A stretch of 64,000 bases of DNA from Candidatus Hermodarchaeota archaeon (GTDB taxonomy: Archaea; Asgardarchaeota; Thorarchaeia; Thorarchaeales; Thorarchaeaceae): positions 128,001 through 192,000 of the forward strand of contig JBHLLF010000001.1 in NCBI GenBank assembly GCA_048885865.1, given 5' to 3'. This document shows positions 19,795-28,624 of this stretch, in pieces. The notes under the pieces are model-generated. The model ran no database searches, was not told the origin of the DNA, and was given only the letters and a program-made list of their open reading frames with translations. The translations under genes and the position numbers were made by a program. The stretch's first letter is position 1. Each line of letters begins with the position of its first letter.

Positions 19795-20553
19795 TTGCAG
19801 CGAGTCTTGATTCCGTGGGTGGAAAGGTTGACAGAAGAAATCCCGTCCCGGGTCAAATTCATTGATAGAGCAAGAAGGCGAATCGAGATCAAGATGAATG
19901 AGGTTACCCTTCAATTTCCCTTGAACGCAGTCCCTGATCCATTGTATCTTGCCATGGCAACAGCCTTCGACGGAGATGAGCAGGTGGAGTGCAAGCTCCT
20001 GGCAGCCTACCACGACACAGTCATGAAGCCAACACTATGTTCTTCAGAACCCACCAGTATCTTCAAAGTCACCACCGCAACGAAGATTGTAAGACTCACT
20101 TTGACTGATGAAGAGATAGAAAATCAGATCGAGGAGATTGAGGGTGAGATTCTATCATTTCAGGGGCGACCATTTGAAGAGACTGTTGACGATAGAATTG
20201 AGTTGTACAAAAGAATCTATCTTGATGACAAAAAGATTGACAGGTTTCGATTCGGCGCAGCAGAAATGTATGGTGACACCACATACGGGAATATTCGACA
20301 GGATCCTAGAGTTGTGCTAAACTTTCAATGGCACAAGCCAGAGGAGAATGTCTACAGAGGATATCAGGTGAACTGCATCGCTGAGATTGTTCTACCTGGG
20401 GATCCCTTCTATCGATTCATGAGGAGCATGAGGTCTCTGTTCGTGCGGCGTTTCATCGACCTGCGAGCTTCAGAGTATCCTGCCGCTTACAAGTTATATG
20501 TGTGCGAAGCACATGACAAAAGCTTGTCTACAAGACCTGGATTCGTCCCCTAG
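19795..20553 (+). CDS. FMN-binding split-barrel (PNPOx-like) protein
   Basis: TYGNIRQDPRVVL and GYQVNCIAEI resemble the PNPOx-like family; start uncertain. Confidence 0.55.
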   Translation: MQRVLIPWVERLTEEIPSRVKFIDRARRRIEIKMNEVTLQFPLNAVPDPLYLAMATAFDGDEQVECKLLAAYHDTVMKPTLCSSEPTSIFKVTTATKIVRLTLTDEEIENQIEEIEGEILSFQGRPFEETVDDRIELYKRIYLDDKKIDRFRFGAAEMYGDTTYGNIRQDPRVVLNFQWHKPEENVYRGYQVNCIAEIVLPGDPFYRFMRSMRSLFVRRFIDLRASEYPAAYKLYVCEAHDKSLSTRPGFVP

Positions 20554-20557
20554 ACTA

Positions 20558-23101
20558 CTAGTAGTTGGTCAGTCGTAATAATCTCTCTGGGAGTTCTTCA
20601 ACGGCACCTATGTCTAGCACCACGCCGTGTGACTTCTTTGCTAGCTTATCTGCCGCATTCAGGTCATAGGAACTCTTTGGAACAAGAATGATCATCTTGA
20701 TGTCCTGGTGCTTGAATTTCTCAGCTAGTCTTTCACATTCAGCTTGGTCGCTTAAGTAGGCGTCAGTGGCAAAAATGAAGATCTTCTCCTTGGCCCGAGT
20801 TTCCTCAAAATTGTTGAGAGCCCACTGCAGAGAAGTCCTTCCTCCGGTGCCCCCACTTGCTCGTACATCCAATAGGTCGGCTGCAACCTTTTCTACTGGT
20901 ACCTGACGCTGGTCAATTCTCTTCACAACATGCATCACACTGTCAAACAGACAAACGCCAAAATCGTCCTTTTGCACGCCATATAGCCCAGCCATCACGC
21001 TGATCGCGAGCATGCCAAGCTTCTCAGGTGAATGCATAGAGCCGCTCTTGTCGAGGGCCCAGACGAAGGAACGGTTTCCTTGATAGGTTTCGCAAATCAA
21101 AAAGTCCTCCACGTCAAGGACCTTGAAATTGGTGCGACCCTGTGATAAGAGTGAATCAATTGTTTCTTCCAAGTCAATGAGGTCGATGTCGTCGCCAATA
21201 CGGAATGGTCTAACAGTGGTTGACTGCTGTATTCCGCCAAGCATTGATGATCCCATCGTGGCTCTAGCGTATCTCTTTCCAAGGTCTATAAGGAGCCTCT
21301 TCGCAATTTCCTTGAGCCTCTGCTTGATATGCTCTGGTAGAGAATCACGATAGGCATACCAAATCCTAACTATGTTTGTAGCTGGCCCGCCGAGCAACCC
21401 TCCGAAGACCATGTTTGCCCTTTCATCATCAATAGGTCCAGCCTCCCCGGGACGTCCAGCGTAGCTTACAGCGCGTCCGTATTGTTGCCTCGTACCCATT
21501 CCCATCGCAGCTCCAAAATTCTCATGAGCAATCGCCCCTAGTGCGGACTGATTTCCGGTCTGAGCCGATAGGTCTGCAAGCTCACGGAGCTGATGGTCAC
21601 TCAGTCCAGCTGACGAGATGAGATTGTGCAGTCGCTCAAAGTCTTGCACACCCTGCTCAATGAGCTTCCTTATGACACGATAGGATGGATTGAGCAGCTC
21701 GAGAATCTCCTCTTCCGTCATGCCCAGTTTTTCGCCAGCCTCCCTTACTGCCTTCTCTGAAGGCACAATACCTTGGCGAGAGAGTTCCCTCACAGTTTTT
21801 CTAAGGTGTGTCTTTGTTGGGGAGCGTTTGACAGCAGCGTCAGCTAGTTCCTGTTTTGCCTTCTGCCAAGATTCCTTTGGTTGATGCCCACCCACTTTGT
21901 CGTCAAGTCGGGACATGTCATTGATCTTCTGTCTGAGATAATCTGATGGCGACGACCTAGAATCAGCGTGCTCGACGGTTTCTTTTGTCTTCTTATCCAA
22001 AAGACTCTTCCATGACTCAGTGTTCCTGGCGTTTTCAGCCAGCTGCCGAAGGTCAACATTGGTCGAAGCTCCCTTGTCATATTGCTGGTCATATTGCTCG
22101 AGAATATCATCCATTAGATCAGTGCTGTCAGGTGTGTGGCTCTTAACAGTTTCAGCAAACTCAGCAGCATCTGCGAGTTGGTAGAGTTGCGGTGCGCTTT
22201 TCAGATGTTCAGCGATGTTGTCTGGAAGCCTCTCAAGATGCCTGACATAAGCTGCAACTTCGCTAAGATTGTCTAGCGATTCTTGCAGTGCCTTGTCCAT
22301 CGCCTTTCTCTGGGCCTTTGTTCCAGCTTCCATGTCCTCCATATGCCTTAGGGCACGAGCAGCAGTTGTTGGGTCTCTGTCAGCAAGTTCCTTGAACTCC
22401 TCGTCAATTCCTTTGTCTCCACGATAGGCTCTTGCAGCAATACTTTCTGCGGCGTTGGAAGACTCTGCCACATTGTCAAGGACTTCCAGAACCTTGGCAT
22501 CCATAATGTTCTGTGAGGACAAACTGCCCATATCCTCAAGGAGCTCAGCTGACGCTTCTCTGCGAAGATCTTCGTCGCTTGTGAGTCCACGAAGTACAAC
22601 ATCACCCTCATTCAGGTAGTGCATTGATGCATCGTAGAGCGCGGTGTCTTTGCGCTTCCTAAGATCCTGAAGGTACTCAAAACCTGCCTCGACTTTGTCC
22701 TTGTCGATCTTCTTGGCCAAGTCTTGCTCTCTCTTGATCTGTTCCATGACTGCAGCCAAAGCGTCTTTTCTCACCATGGAGACTGTCTTTGCTGTTGGTT
22801 GCTTGGTCTGAGGAGTTGAGTCTCTTTTCTCTCGACCTAGGATAATGTCTTCTGCAACTATTCGCGCGATGGCTTGATCTGAAGGATAGGTAGTGCGGAC
22901 AGCAGCGTCGATGAAATCATCCAGAGTAAGCGCTCCATTTCGAAAGTACCTCGCGGAGAGTATCTGTGGTATCGCTTGAGTTTGCCTCACACTAGGTCTA
23001 ATCTTGACATCAGACCTTGCTCTCATTCTCTTAACAAACTCGTGTGCAAAATGTATTGTATTGCTGGGAATCGGTGATATCCTGGGTTGAGTTTGAGCCA
23101 T
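20558..23101 (-). CDS. Large VWA-domain protein (CoxE-like MoxR partner)
   Basis: IDLEETI, MIDAS DKSGSM, GGT, ATDA near the C-terminus. Confidence 0.88.
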   Translation of the reverse strand: MAQTQPRISPIPSNTIHFAHEFVKRMRARSDVKIRPSVRQTQAIPQILSARYFRNGALTLDDFIDAAVRTTYPSDQAIARIVAEDIILGREKRDSTPQTKQPTAKTVSMVRKDALAAVMEQIKREQDLAKKIDKDKVEAGFEYLQDLRKRKDTALYDASMHYLNEGDVVLRGLTSDEDLRREASAELLEDMGSLSSQNIMDAKVLEVLDNVAESSNAAESIAARAYRGDKGIDEEFKELADRDPTTAARALRHMEDMEAGTKAQRKAMDKALQESLDNLSEVAAYVRHLERLPDNIAEHLKSAPQLYQLADAAEFAETVKSHTPDSTDLMDDILEQYDQQYDKGASTNVDLRQLAENARNTESWKSLLDKKTKETVEHADSRSSPSDYLRQKINDMSRLDDKVGGHQPKESWQKAKQELADAAVKRSPTKTHLRKTVRELSRQGIVPSEKAVREAGEKLGMTEEEILELLNPSYRVIRKLIEQGVQDFERLHNLISSAGLSDHQLRELADLSAQTGNQSALGAIAHENFGAAMGMGTRQQYGRAVSYAGRPGEAGPIDDERANMVFGGLLGGPATNIVRIWYAYRDSLPEHIKQRLKEIAKRLLIDLGKRYARATMGSSMLGGIQQSTTVRPFRIGDDIDLIDLEETIDSLLSQGRTNFKVLDVEDFLICETYQGNRSFVWALDKSGSMHSPEKLGMLAISVMAGLYGVQKDDFGVCLFDSVMHVVKRIDQRQVPVEKVAADLLDVRASGGTGGRTSLQWALNNFEETRAKEKIFIFATDAYLSDQAECERLAEKFKHQDIKMIILVPKSSYDLNAADKLAKKSHGVVLDIGAVEELPERLLRLTNY

Positions 23102-23104
23102 CGC

Positions 23105-24049
23105 CTACGAACTCCCGGGGGCGCTTGGGATACTAGAACCGCCTGAGCCGAGAACCCGTCTCACTAATGAGTTGACCGCAGGTTCGGGGTCAATGCCCGG
23201 TCTAAACCTTAGAGCTCCAGCCAGGACATATGTGGCTGCCTTTGAGAGGATTCCATGTGTAACGTTCTTCCTTCCCTCTCGCTTCGCCATTTGTGCAGAG
23301 AGCCTGGCAATTGAGATGCCTGCGCGAATTGACGCTGGTATTTCAATATCGGTGCTCACTCTTGTGGCTGAAACCAGTCCATAAATGCTCTCTAGAGTCT
23401 TGTCCGAAAGAGTATACTCCGGACAGTTCAGCTTCACTATTTCAATCTCCGTGGATTTCCTAGGGTAGCCGAGTCGAATCCACACTCTGATACGGTCTCT
23501 TAATGCCTCGCTCAGTCGATGCGCTCCTGCCATCTCTTCAGGATTAAGGGTCAAGACAGGAAAGAAGTCATCTGCGGCTTTGATTCGGCCCAATCTAGGG
23601 ACAACAGCACTCCACTCTTCAAATGGCTCCAACAAGCTATTCTGGACATACTCTGCTAGGCGGTTTGCTTCATTAAGGCCAAATACGCCTCCAAATATCA
23701 TAGATTTCAGAAGAGGGCCCGGGTCAAACGACTCAAGAGTAAAACCTTTGCTCAATACTAGGCTTGGATTGAATGATCCTATCAAGTGCGCTGGTCGAAC
23801 TCCCTCATCTCCAGTCAGCCACTCAAAGTCACGATTGCTCTTCTCTGCATATGCCCTCAAAAGCAAAGTTTTCCCAACACCAGGTGGTCCTATAAGGCCT
23901 GGAATTAGACCCGAATTTTCACAGTCCTCAAGAATTTCGAAGGCCTCTTTGTACTGCTCCTTGATGACAATCCTGACCTTCTCTTTCTTTGCGGCTTTGA
24001 GCCGCTCATCAAACCTCTCCGAGAATTCCTTAGTTGTCTTCTGCATCAT
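23105..24049 (-). CDS. MoxR-family AAA+ ATPase
   Basis: Walker A GPPGVGKT, variant Walker B GLNE, TLNP, LSEALRDR. Confidence 0.9.
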   Translation of the reverse strand: MMQKTTKEFSERFDERLKAAKKEKVRIVIKEQYKEAFEILEDCENSGLIPGLIGPPGVGKTLLLRAYAEKSNRDFEWLTGDEGVRPAHLIGSFNPSLVLSKGFTLESFDPGPLLKSMIFGGVFGLNEANRLAEYVQNSLLEPFEEWSAVVPRLGRIKAADDFFPVLTLNPEEMAGAHRLSEALRDRIRVWIRLGYPRKSTEIEIVKLNCPEYTLSDKTLESIYGLVSATRVSTDIEIPASIRAGISIARLSAQMAKREGRKNVTHGILSKAATYVLAGALRFRPGIDPEPAVNSLVRRVLGSGGSSIPSAPGSS

Positions 24050-24180
24050 TCTATGCCCCCATAGACCAAAATGTTGTGACTTGAGACCATATTAAAGCAT
24101 GTCCTTTTTGCGTTAGGCGAAGCAGGCGTGCGTGAGTTGATTCCTTCTCTAGTTACAAAAAGCTTGAGGTTTCTGATATG

Positions 24181-25170
24181 TTAGCTCCCCAGCAGTTGTG
24201 AGCCATATTTGAAGAGGGCTGGCGAGCCTCCAGTATGCCAGAAAATCGTGGGCTCGTCCGGAGCTATCTCCCCACCCATGGCCATTCTAAGCAGCGCAAC
24301 CCCGGCTTTAGCTGTATAGACTGGATCCAGGATGATGCCTTGAGATTTCGCAAACATCTGGATGGCACTTCGAACTGAGTCCTCCATCTCTCCGTAGCCT
24401 TTTCCAGTGAAACGATCATCCACCTTGATGTCAGGCTTGAACTTGTCTGTTAGTGCAGGGTAAGCGTCAAACATCCTGTCAATCATTTCACCGACCTTTT
24501 CTTTGGTGGTCTTTGCATCGCGTAGCACACTGATTCCTATGACGTCGGCATCGAACTCCGCCAGTTTCGCACCTATTATCATTCCCGCCAGAGTTCCTCC
24601 GGTACCAACAGGGTGGAGTATCTTCTTTGGCTCTATGCCAATCTCGTCACATTGTTCCCTCAATTCCATCATTGCCTGAACATATGCTATGCAGCCCACA
24701 GGCATGAATGCGCCAGCTGGTATGCCATAGGGCCTTAGACCCAAATCTCTGAGCGTCTCAATGATCGAGTCCATTCTTTGGGAAACCTGGTCGAAGTCAT
24801 CTTCTGGGAAGAACTGAATCTCTGCTCCAAACAGCCTGTCTAGAAGCACATTACCAGTGTAATCTTCTGGTTCAGATCCTGCTAGTAGCAAAATGCACCT
24901 CAGTCCATTTTGAGCTGCTGCAGCGGCAGTCTGTCGGCAGTGGTTGCTTTGAACAGCTCCAACTGTGACAAGAGTATCCGCCTCTTGCTGAAGGGCATCT
25001 CCTATCACGTACTCGAGTTTGCGTGTCTTGTTGCCGCCAAATGAAATGCCAGTGAGGTCATCTCTCTTGATCCAGAGTGATTTCATGTCCAAGGAATATG
25101 CAAGGTTCTTCATTTCCTGAAGGGGCGTTGGAAGATTAGCTAGTTTCACTCTTGGAAGGATATCAAGCAT
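24181..25170 (-). CDS. D-cysteine desulfhydrase / ACC deaminase family PLP enzyme
   Basis: IKRDDLTG, GGNKTRKLEY, QSNH, GTGGT, LDPVYTAK, WHTGG. Confidence 0.92.
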   Translation of the reverse strand: MLDILPRVKLANLPTPLQEMKNLAYSLDMKSLWIKRDDLTGISFGGNKTRKLEYVIGDALQQEADTLVTVGAVQSNHCRQTAAAAAQNGLRCILLLAGSEPEDYTGNVLLDRLFGAEIQFFPEDDFDQVSQRMDSIIETLRDLGLRPYGIPAGAFMPVGCIAYVQAMMELREQCDEIGIEPKKILHPVGTGGTLAGMIIGAKLAEFDADVIGISVLRDAKTTKEKVGEMIDRMFDAYPALTDKFKPDIKVDDRFTGKGYGEMEDSVRSAIQMFAKSQGIILDPVYTAKAGVALLRMAMGGEIAPDEPTIFWHTGGSPALFKYGSQLLGS

Positions 25171-25172
25171 GG

Positions 25173-25820
25173 CTAATGCCCCGCTCCTGTGAAGGCTGCG
25201 ATGATGTACAAGAGAATTGCAGTAGCGATTCCTGCGAGAAGTGTCTTTGCTCCATAGATCCAGATGTTCTTCCTGGATATTGTTCCCAAGAATAAGCCGA
25301 GAGCAAAGAGAAGTCCCATGCAGATGATAATCGCAATATAAAACGCCAGAGAAACACTGAGTAATCCTGATGGCACCAATAGCAATGGAGTGATGATAAT
25401 GAATGCGGCAACCGAAGGGGCGAGTCCATCAACTAATGCGACAACTGCAGATGTTGTGCGTGTTGCCTTGGCGTACATTGTGTTGCTCATGTCCGAGAGC
25501 ATTGCCTTGCCTATTTCCTCAACCTCGCGGTCTCTCTCTGCACTTTCCGCAAGATAAGATCCACTGAATCCTGAGACCGCCATCGCGACACTAGTACCAA
25601 CCGCTGCGAGGAGAAGAGCGTCGAACACCACCTCTGGATTGGTGGTCTGCATAGTGATGAGACCGCCAAAAATCAGTCCAAGCATGGTGAGCGCGCCGTC
25701 AAACGCGTTCATCGCAAGGTAACGGCGGGCTATTTCAACACCTTGTGTGAGTTCCAGTGCCCTCATAGTCCTCTCAATTAGTCCAGGGCCCTTTTGCAGG
25801 TCATCTTCTGGTTCTGTCAC
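25173..25820 (-). CDS. VIT1/CCC1 family metal transporter
   Basis: NAFDGALT, AMAVSG..GSYLAE motifs; 5 TM segments. Confidence 0.82.
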   Translation of the reverse strand: MTEPEDDLQKGPGLIERTMRALELTQGVEIARRYLAMNAFDGALTMLGLIFGGLITMQTTNPEVVFDALLLAAVGTSVAMAVSGFSGSYLAESAERDREVEEIGKAMLSDMSNTMYAKATRTTSAVVALVDGLAPSVAAFIIITPLLLVPSGLLSVSLAFYIAIIICMGLLFALGLFLGTISRKNIWIYGAKTLLAGIATAILLYIIAAFTGAGH

Positions 25821-25939
25821 AGATACTTAGCTCCGTGAATCATGTCCAGCCTAGCAGGTTTCCCTACATGATATAAGCTATCCGGAATCACAGATTTCTC
25901 TTGATGCATGATTGCTGACGATATGGCTCTATGATTCTA

Positions 25940-26122
25940 CTAGTATAGCCAGAGCACCTCTGCGAATAGAATCAGGAAAATAAGTATCGCAATCAGGATG
26001 ATTGCACATATCACCTGAACTGAACATGTGCAGCATCTTTCACAGCAGCCCTCTTGCTGCCGTGGTTCTCGAGGACTTGGTGTGTAGTCATCTGGCATCG
26101 GGATCTCTGTCATAGGAACCAC
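25940..26122 (-). CDS. Small Cys-rich tail-anchored membrane protein
   Basis: Pro-rich N-terminus, CCERCCTC, then one C-terminal TM helix. Confidence 0.6.
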   Translation of the reverse strand: MVPMTEIPMPDDYTPSPREPRQQEGCCERCCTCSVQVICAIILIAILIFLILFAEVLWLY

Positions 26123-26269
26123 ACTAGCTTCAAAGTGCTTCTTTCAAAGCCTGCTATCTGTGATGACTATCCTTCTTATGAGGATTACGTGGTTGTCTAC
26201 ACACACAGCCGCAAAGGTTGAAAAGCGAAGAAGGTGAATTTATGGCGAAGCGCGTGGAGGCTAGGAGAA

Positions 26270-27772
26270 TTGTCGGAGAACGAAAAACCAACCACCATTT
26301 TCGATAGACCATTTGGCCTGCGGATTATCGGGCTGACTCAGATGGCTTTTGGAGTATTTGGCCTGCTTGCAGCAGTAGGTATCCTAGTTGCCTCCTTTGG
26401 AGCAACTCCAGCATTTGCTTCAGAGGGACCCTTGTATGCTCTGGTCATTTTCGTTGGAGTTGCCCTACCTTGCTTGATTATAGGAAATTATGTTGACGAT
26501 CTCAGAAGAAACGCAGTGATTGCTCAAGCACTCTATAGCATCATCGCAGTTGGCTTGACAACCTACTTTTTGCTGAATTGGGGAGTCGCATACAGTTGGA
26601 CTGTGCCTTGGTTTGAACTCAGTTTCAACATACAGATAGGGAATATTGCAGTCTTTGTCTTGGCGACTCAGGCGGCCTTTCTGTTTTACATGCTTATCTA
26701 TTGGAACCGAATTGCACCTCCACCGGGGACTTTTGTCGTTAGAGACCGTAGACGAGCGCGCCTCATTGAAGAAGGATTGATGGCTGTTCCACTCACACCT
26801 TCACTACTAAGCTCAGATGGGTCTGTATTGTCTCAGGATGAGGCTCGAAAAATCCTTGACGTTCGAAAAGTCACTACCACTGAGGGGATGGCGATTCTTT
26901 GCTCAAATTGTGATGGAGCAACACCTCTGACCAAGATGGTGGATGATAACACAGTAGATTGTGATTACTGTGGAGTCACTCTTGCTGTAAGTAGTGTCTT
27001 CGTTCCATGTGAAGAACATCCAGAGTATCTCGCGGCTACAAACTGTGCCGTTTGTGGGGAGCATTTCTGCCGAAGGTGTCTAACTGCACAGGATCCTCCC
27101 ATTGATAGGCGTTGGAAAGGCTCCACTGTCTATCTCTGCAGAAATTGCTTTGAGGGCAGATATCGTCCAGCTGTCACAACCACTTCACTTGTCTTGCCAA
27201 TTGAAGACTTATTTGGTCAGGCTGGGGGACGATTCTCAAAAGTAGGTGGAATGTATCGACGGTTTCTGGGAGCTTATGGAAGCGCAATGGCAAAGGTATT
27301 CAGAGCCTCAGTCCATATCTTCTCTTCAATGGACTGGTCCAGCGGCGCGAGCTCCAGCGGCAGTAGCTGCGGCGGCGGCGGAGGAGGGGGTGGTGGAGGA
27401 GGCGGCGATGAATGCTGTGGAGCAATTCTAGTGATCATCATTATTATCATAGCAATTCCTATCCTAGTTGGCCTAGTGATGCTTCTTGGAGCGATAGTCA
27501 TTGTTCCAGTTCTCTTCTATGCGGGACTCATTGGAGTGACAATAGAAGCAATCAGAATCATCAGAAAGACGGATTTTATGTCATTAGAGCAAGCACGGGA
27601 GAAGGGCTTGCTTGAGGGTCGCAAGGTCGAAGTCGAGAAGACTCCTCTTCGTAATGAAAGCCGGCCTTGGATGGATGACCGCAGAGTCAGAGATACTGAG
27701 AGGCAGTATCAAAGAGATAGAGCTCGGGAGAGGAAAGAGGTCCCTGCCGACTCGTTCTGGAGGAGATACTGA
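26270..27772 (+). CDS. Membrane protein with Zn ribbon, B-box-like zinc finger and poly-Gly tract
   Basis: 4 N-terminal TMs; CSNC..CDYC; CEEH..CAVC..CRRC..CRNC; Gly run; TTG start after GGAGA. Confidence 0.8.
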   Translation: MSENEKPTTIFDRPFGLRIIGLTQMAFGVFGLLAAVGILVASFGATPAFASEGPLYALVIFVGVALPCLIIGNYVDDLRRNAVIAQALYSIIAVGLTTYFLLNWGVAYSWTVPWFELSFNIQIGNIAVFVLATQAAFLFYMLIYWNRIAPPPGTFVVRDRRRARLIEEGLMAVPLTPSLLSSDGSVLSQDEARKILDVRKVTTTEGMAILCSNCDGATPLTKMVDDNTVDCDYCGVTLAVSSVFVPCEEHPEYLAATNCAVCGEHFCRRCLTAQDPPIDRRWKGSTVYLCRNCFEGRYRPAVTTTSLVLPIEDLFGQAGGRFSKVGGMYRRFLGAYGSAMAKVFRASVHIFSSMDWSSGASSSGSSCGGGGGGGGGGGGDECCGAILVIIIIIIAIPILVGLVMLLGAIVIVPVLFYAGLIGVTIEAIRIIRKTDFMSLEQAREKGLLEGRKVEVEKTPLRNESRPWMDDRRVRDTERQYQRDRARERKEVPADSFWRRY

Positions 27773-28596
27773 TGGCCTATCATACAGAGAACATTCTATG
27801 TCCTGTTTGTGGAGGACAAATCGGTGTCGAATACACAGACAAAGTCAATCGTTGTGAGTACTGTGCCAGCTCGGTCCTAGGACCAGGTCAAAGCAGAAAC
27901 TGCGTCAACCACTCAGATATCTTAGCAAAGGCATCTTGTAATGTATGCGGTGATCTCATCTGCGAAGAGTGCATGCAAACTAGGATTGGAGATTATGGAG
28001 GGAAGCTTCTGACCATCGTGCATTGTAACAAGGATACTTGTATTGCAGAAAGTGATTGGGCAAAGCCCCTCAATAGAGAGTTTCAGGAATTGACTAACTT
28101 CGATTGGTCTGATAATAAGGACAACATTATCCTTAGAGTCGTTGGATTGGGTGCAATCCTAATGATGCTGTTCGAGCTCTTCTTCATTCTGGCAATGCTG
28201 TGGATTCAATACTATGATCCTTGGGGACAGTCAGTTCCTTCACCGATTCCATTTCTTTTTGTGCGGGGAGATACCATCGTTATTCTAAATATCATCGGAA
28301 ATGCATTGTCTGCCGTCATACTTCAAACGGCCCTGCAGATTTACATTCATGAAAGACAACTAGGCTCAGGTGTGTTCTTGCTTGGATTTCTACTCCTCGA
28401 GGCGGCATTTCTTCTTGCTAGAGGACTCTACTTCAATCTATTAGCTTACCCAGGAACTTGGCTTGTTCCATTCCTGCTTGGAGCATTTGGAATCGCCACA
28501 CTGATGATATTCTTTGGCTCCTTAGCAGGTATCTATGTGGGATGGAAGAAACACAGCCAGATAGCGGATGCAAAGATAAGACTAGGTCTTGAGTGA
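27772..28596 (+). CDS. Zn-ribbon + B-box-like membrane protein
   Basis: CPVC..CEYC; CVNH..CNVC..CEEC; ~4 C-terminal TMs; TGATG overlap with upstream gene. Confidence 0.8.
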   Translation: MAYHTENILCPVCGGQIGVEYTDKVNRCEYCASSVLGPGQSRNCVNHSDILAKASCNVCGDLICEECMQTRIGDYGGKLLTIVHCNKDTCIAESDWAKPLNREFQELTNFDWSDNKDNIILRVVGLGAILMMLFELFFILAMLWIQYYDPWGQSVPSPIPFLFVRGDTIVILNIIGNALSAVILQTALQIYIHERQLGSGVFLLGFLLLEAAFLLARGLYFNLLAYPGTWLVPFLLGAFGIATLMIFFGSLAGIYVGWKKHSQIADAKIRLGLE

Positions 28597-28624
28597 GAAG
28601 TGAGTTTTGCTTAACTCATTTTCC

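Noticed and set aside
27274-27501. Poly-proline ORF (formin/WASP-like) on the minus strand
   Set aside because: Antisense of the poly-Gly tract of the B-box membrane protein
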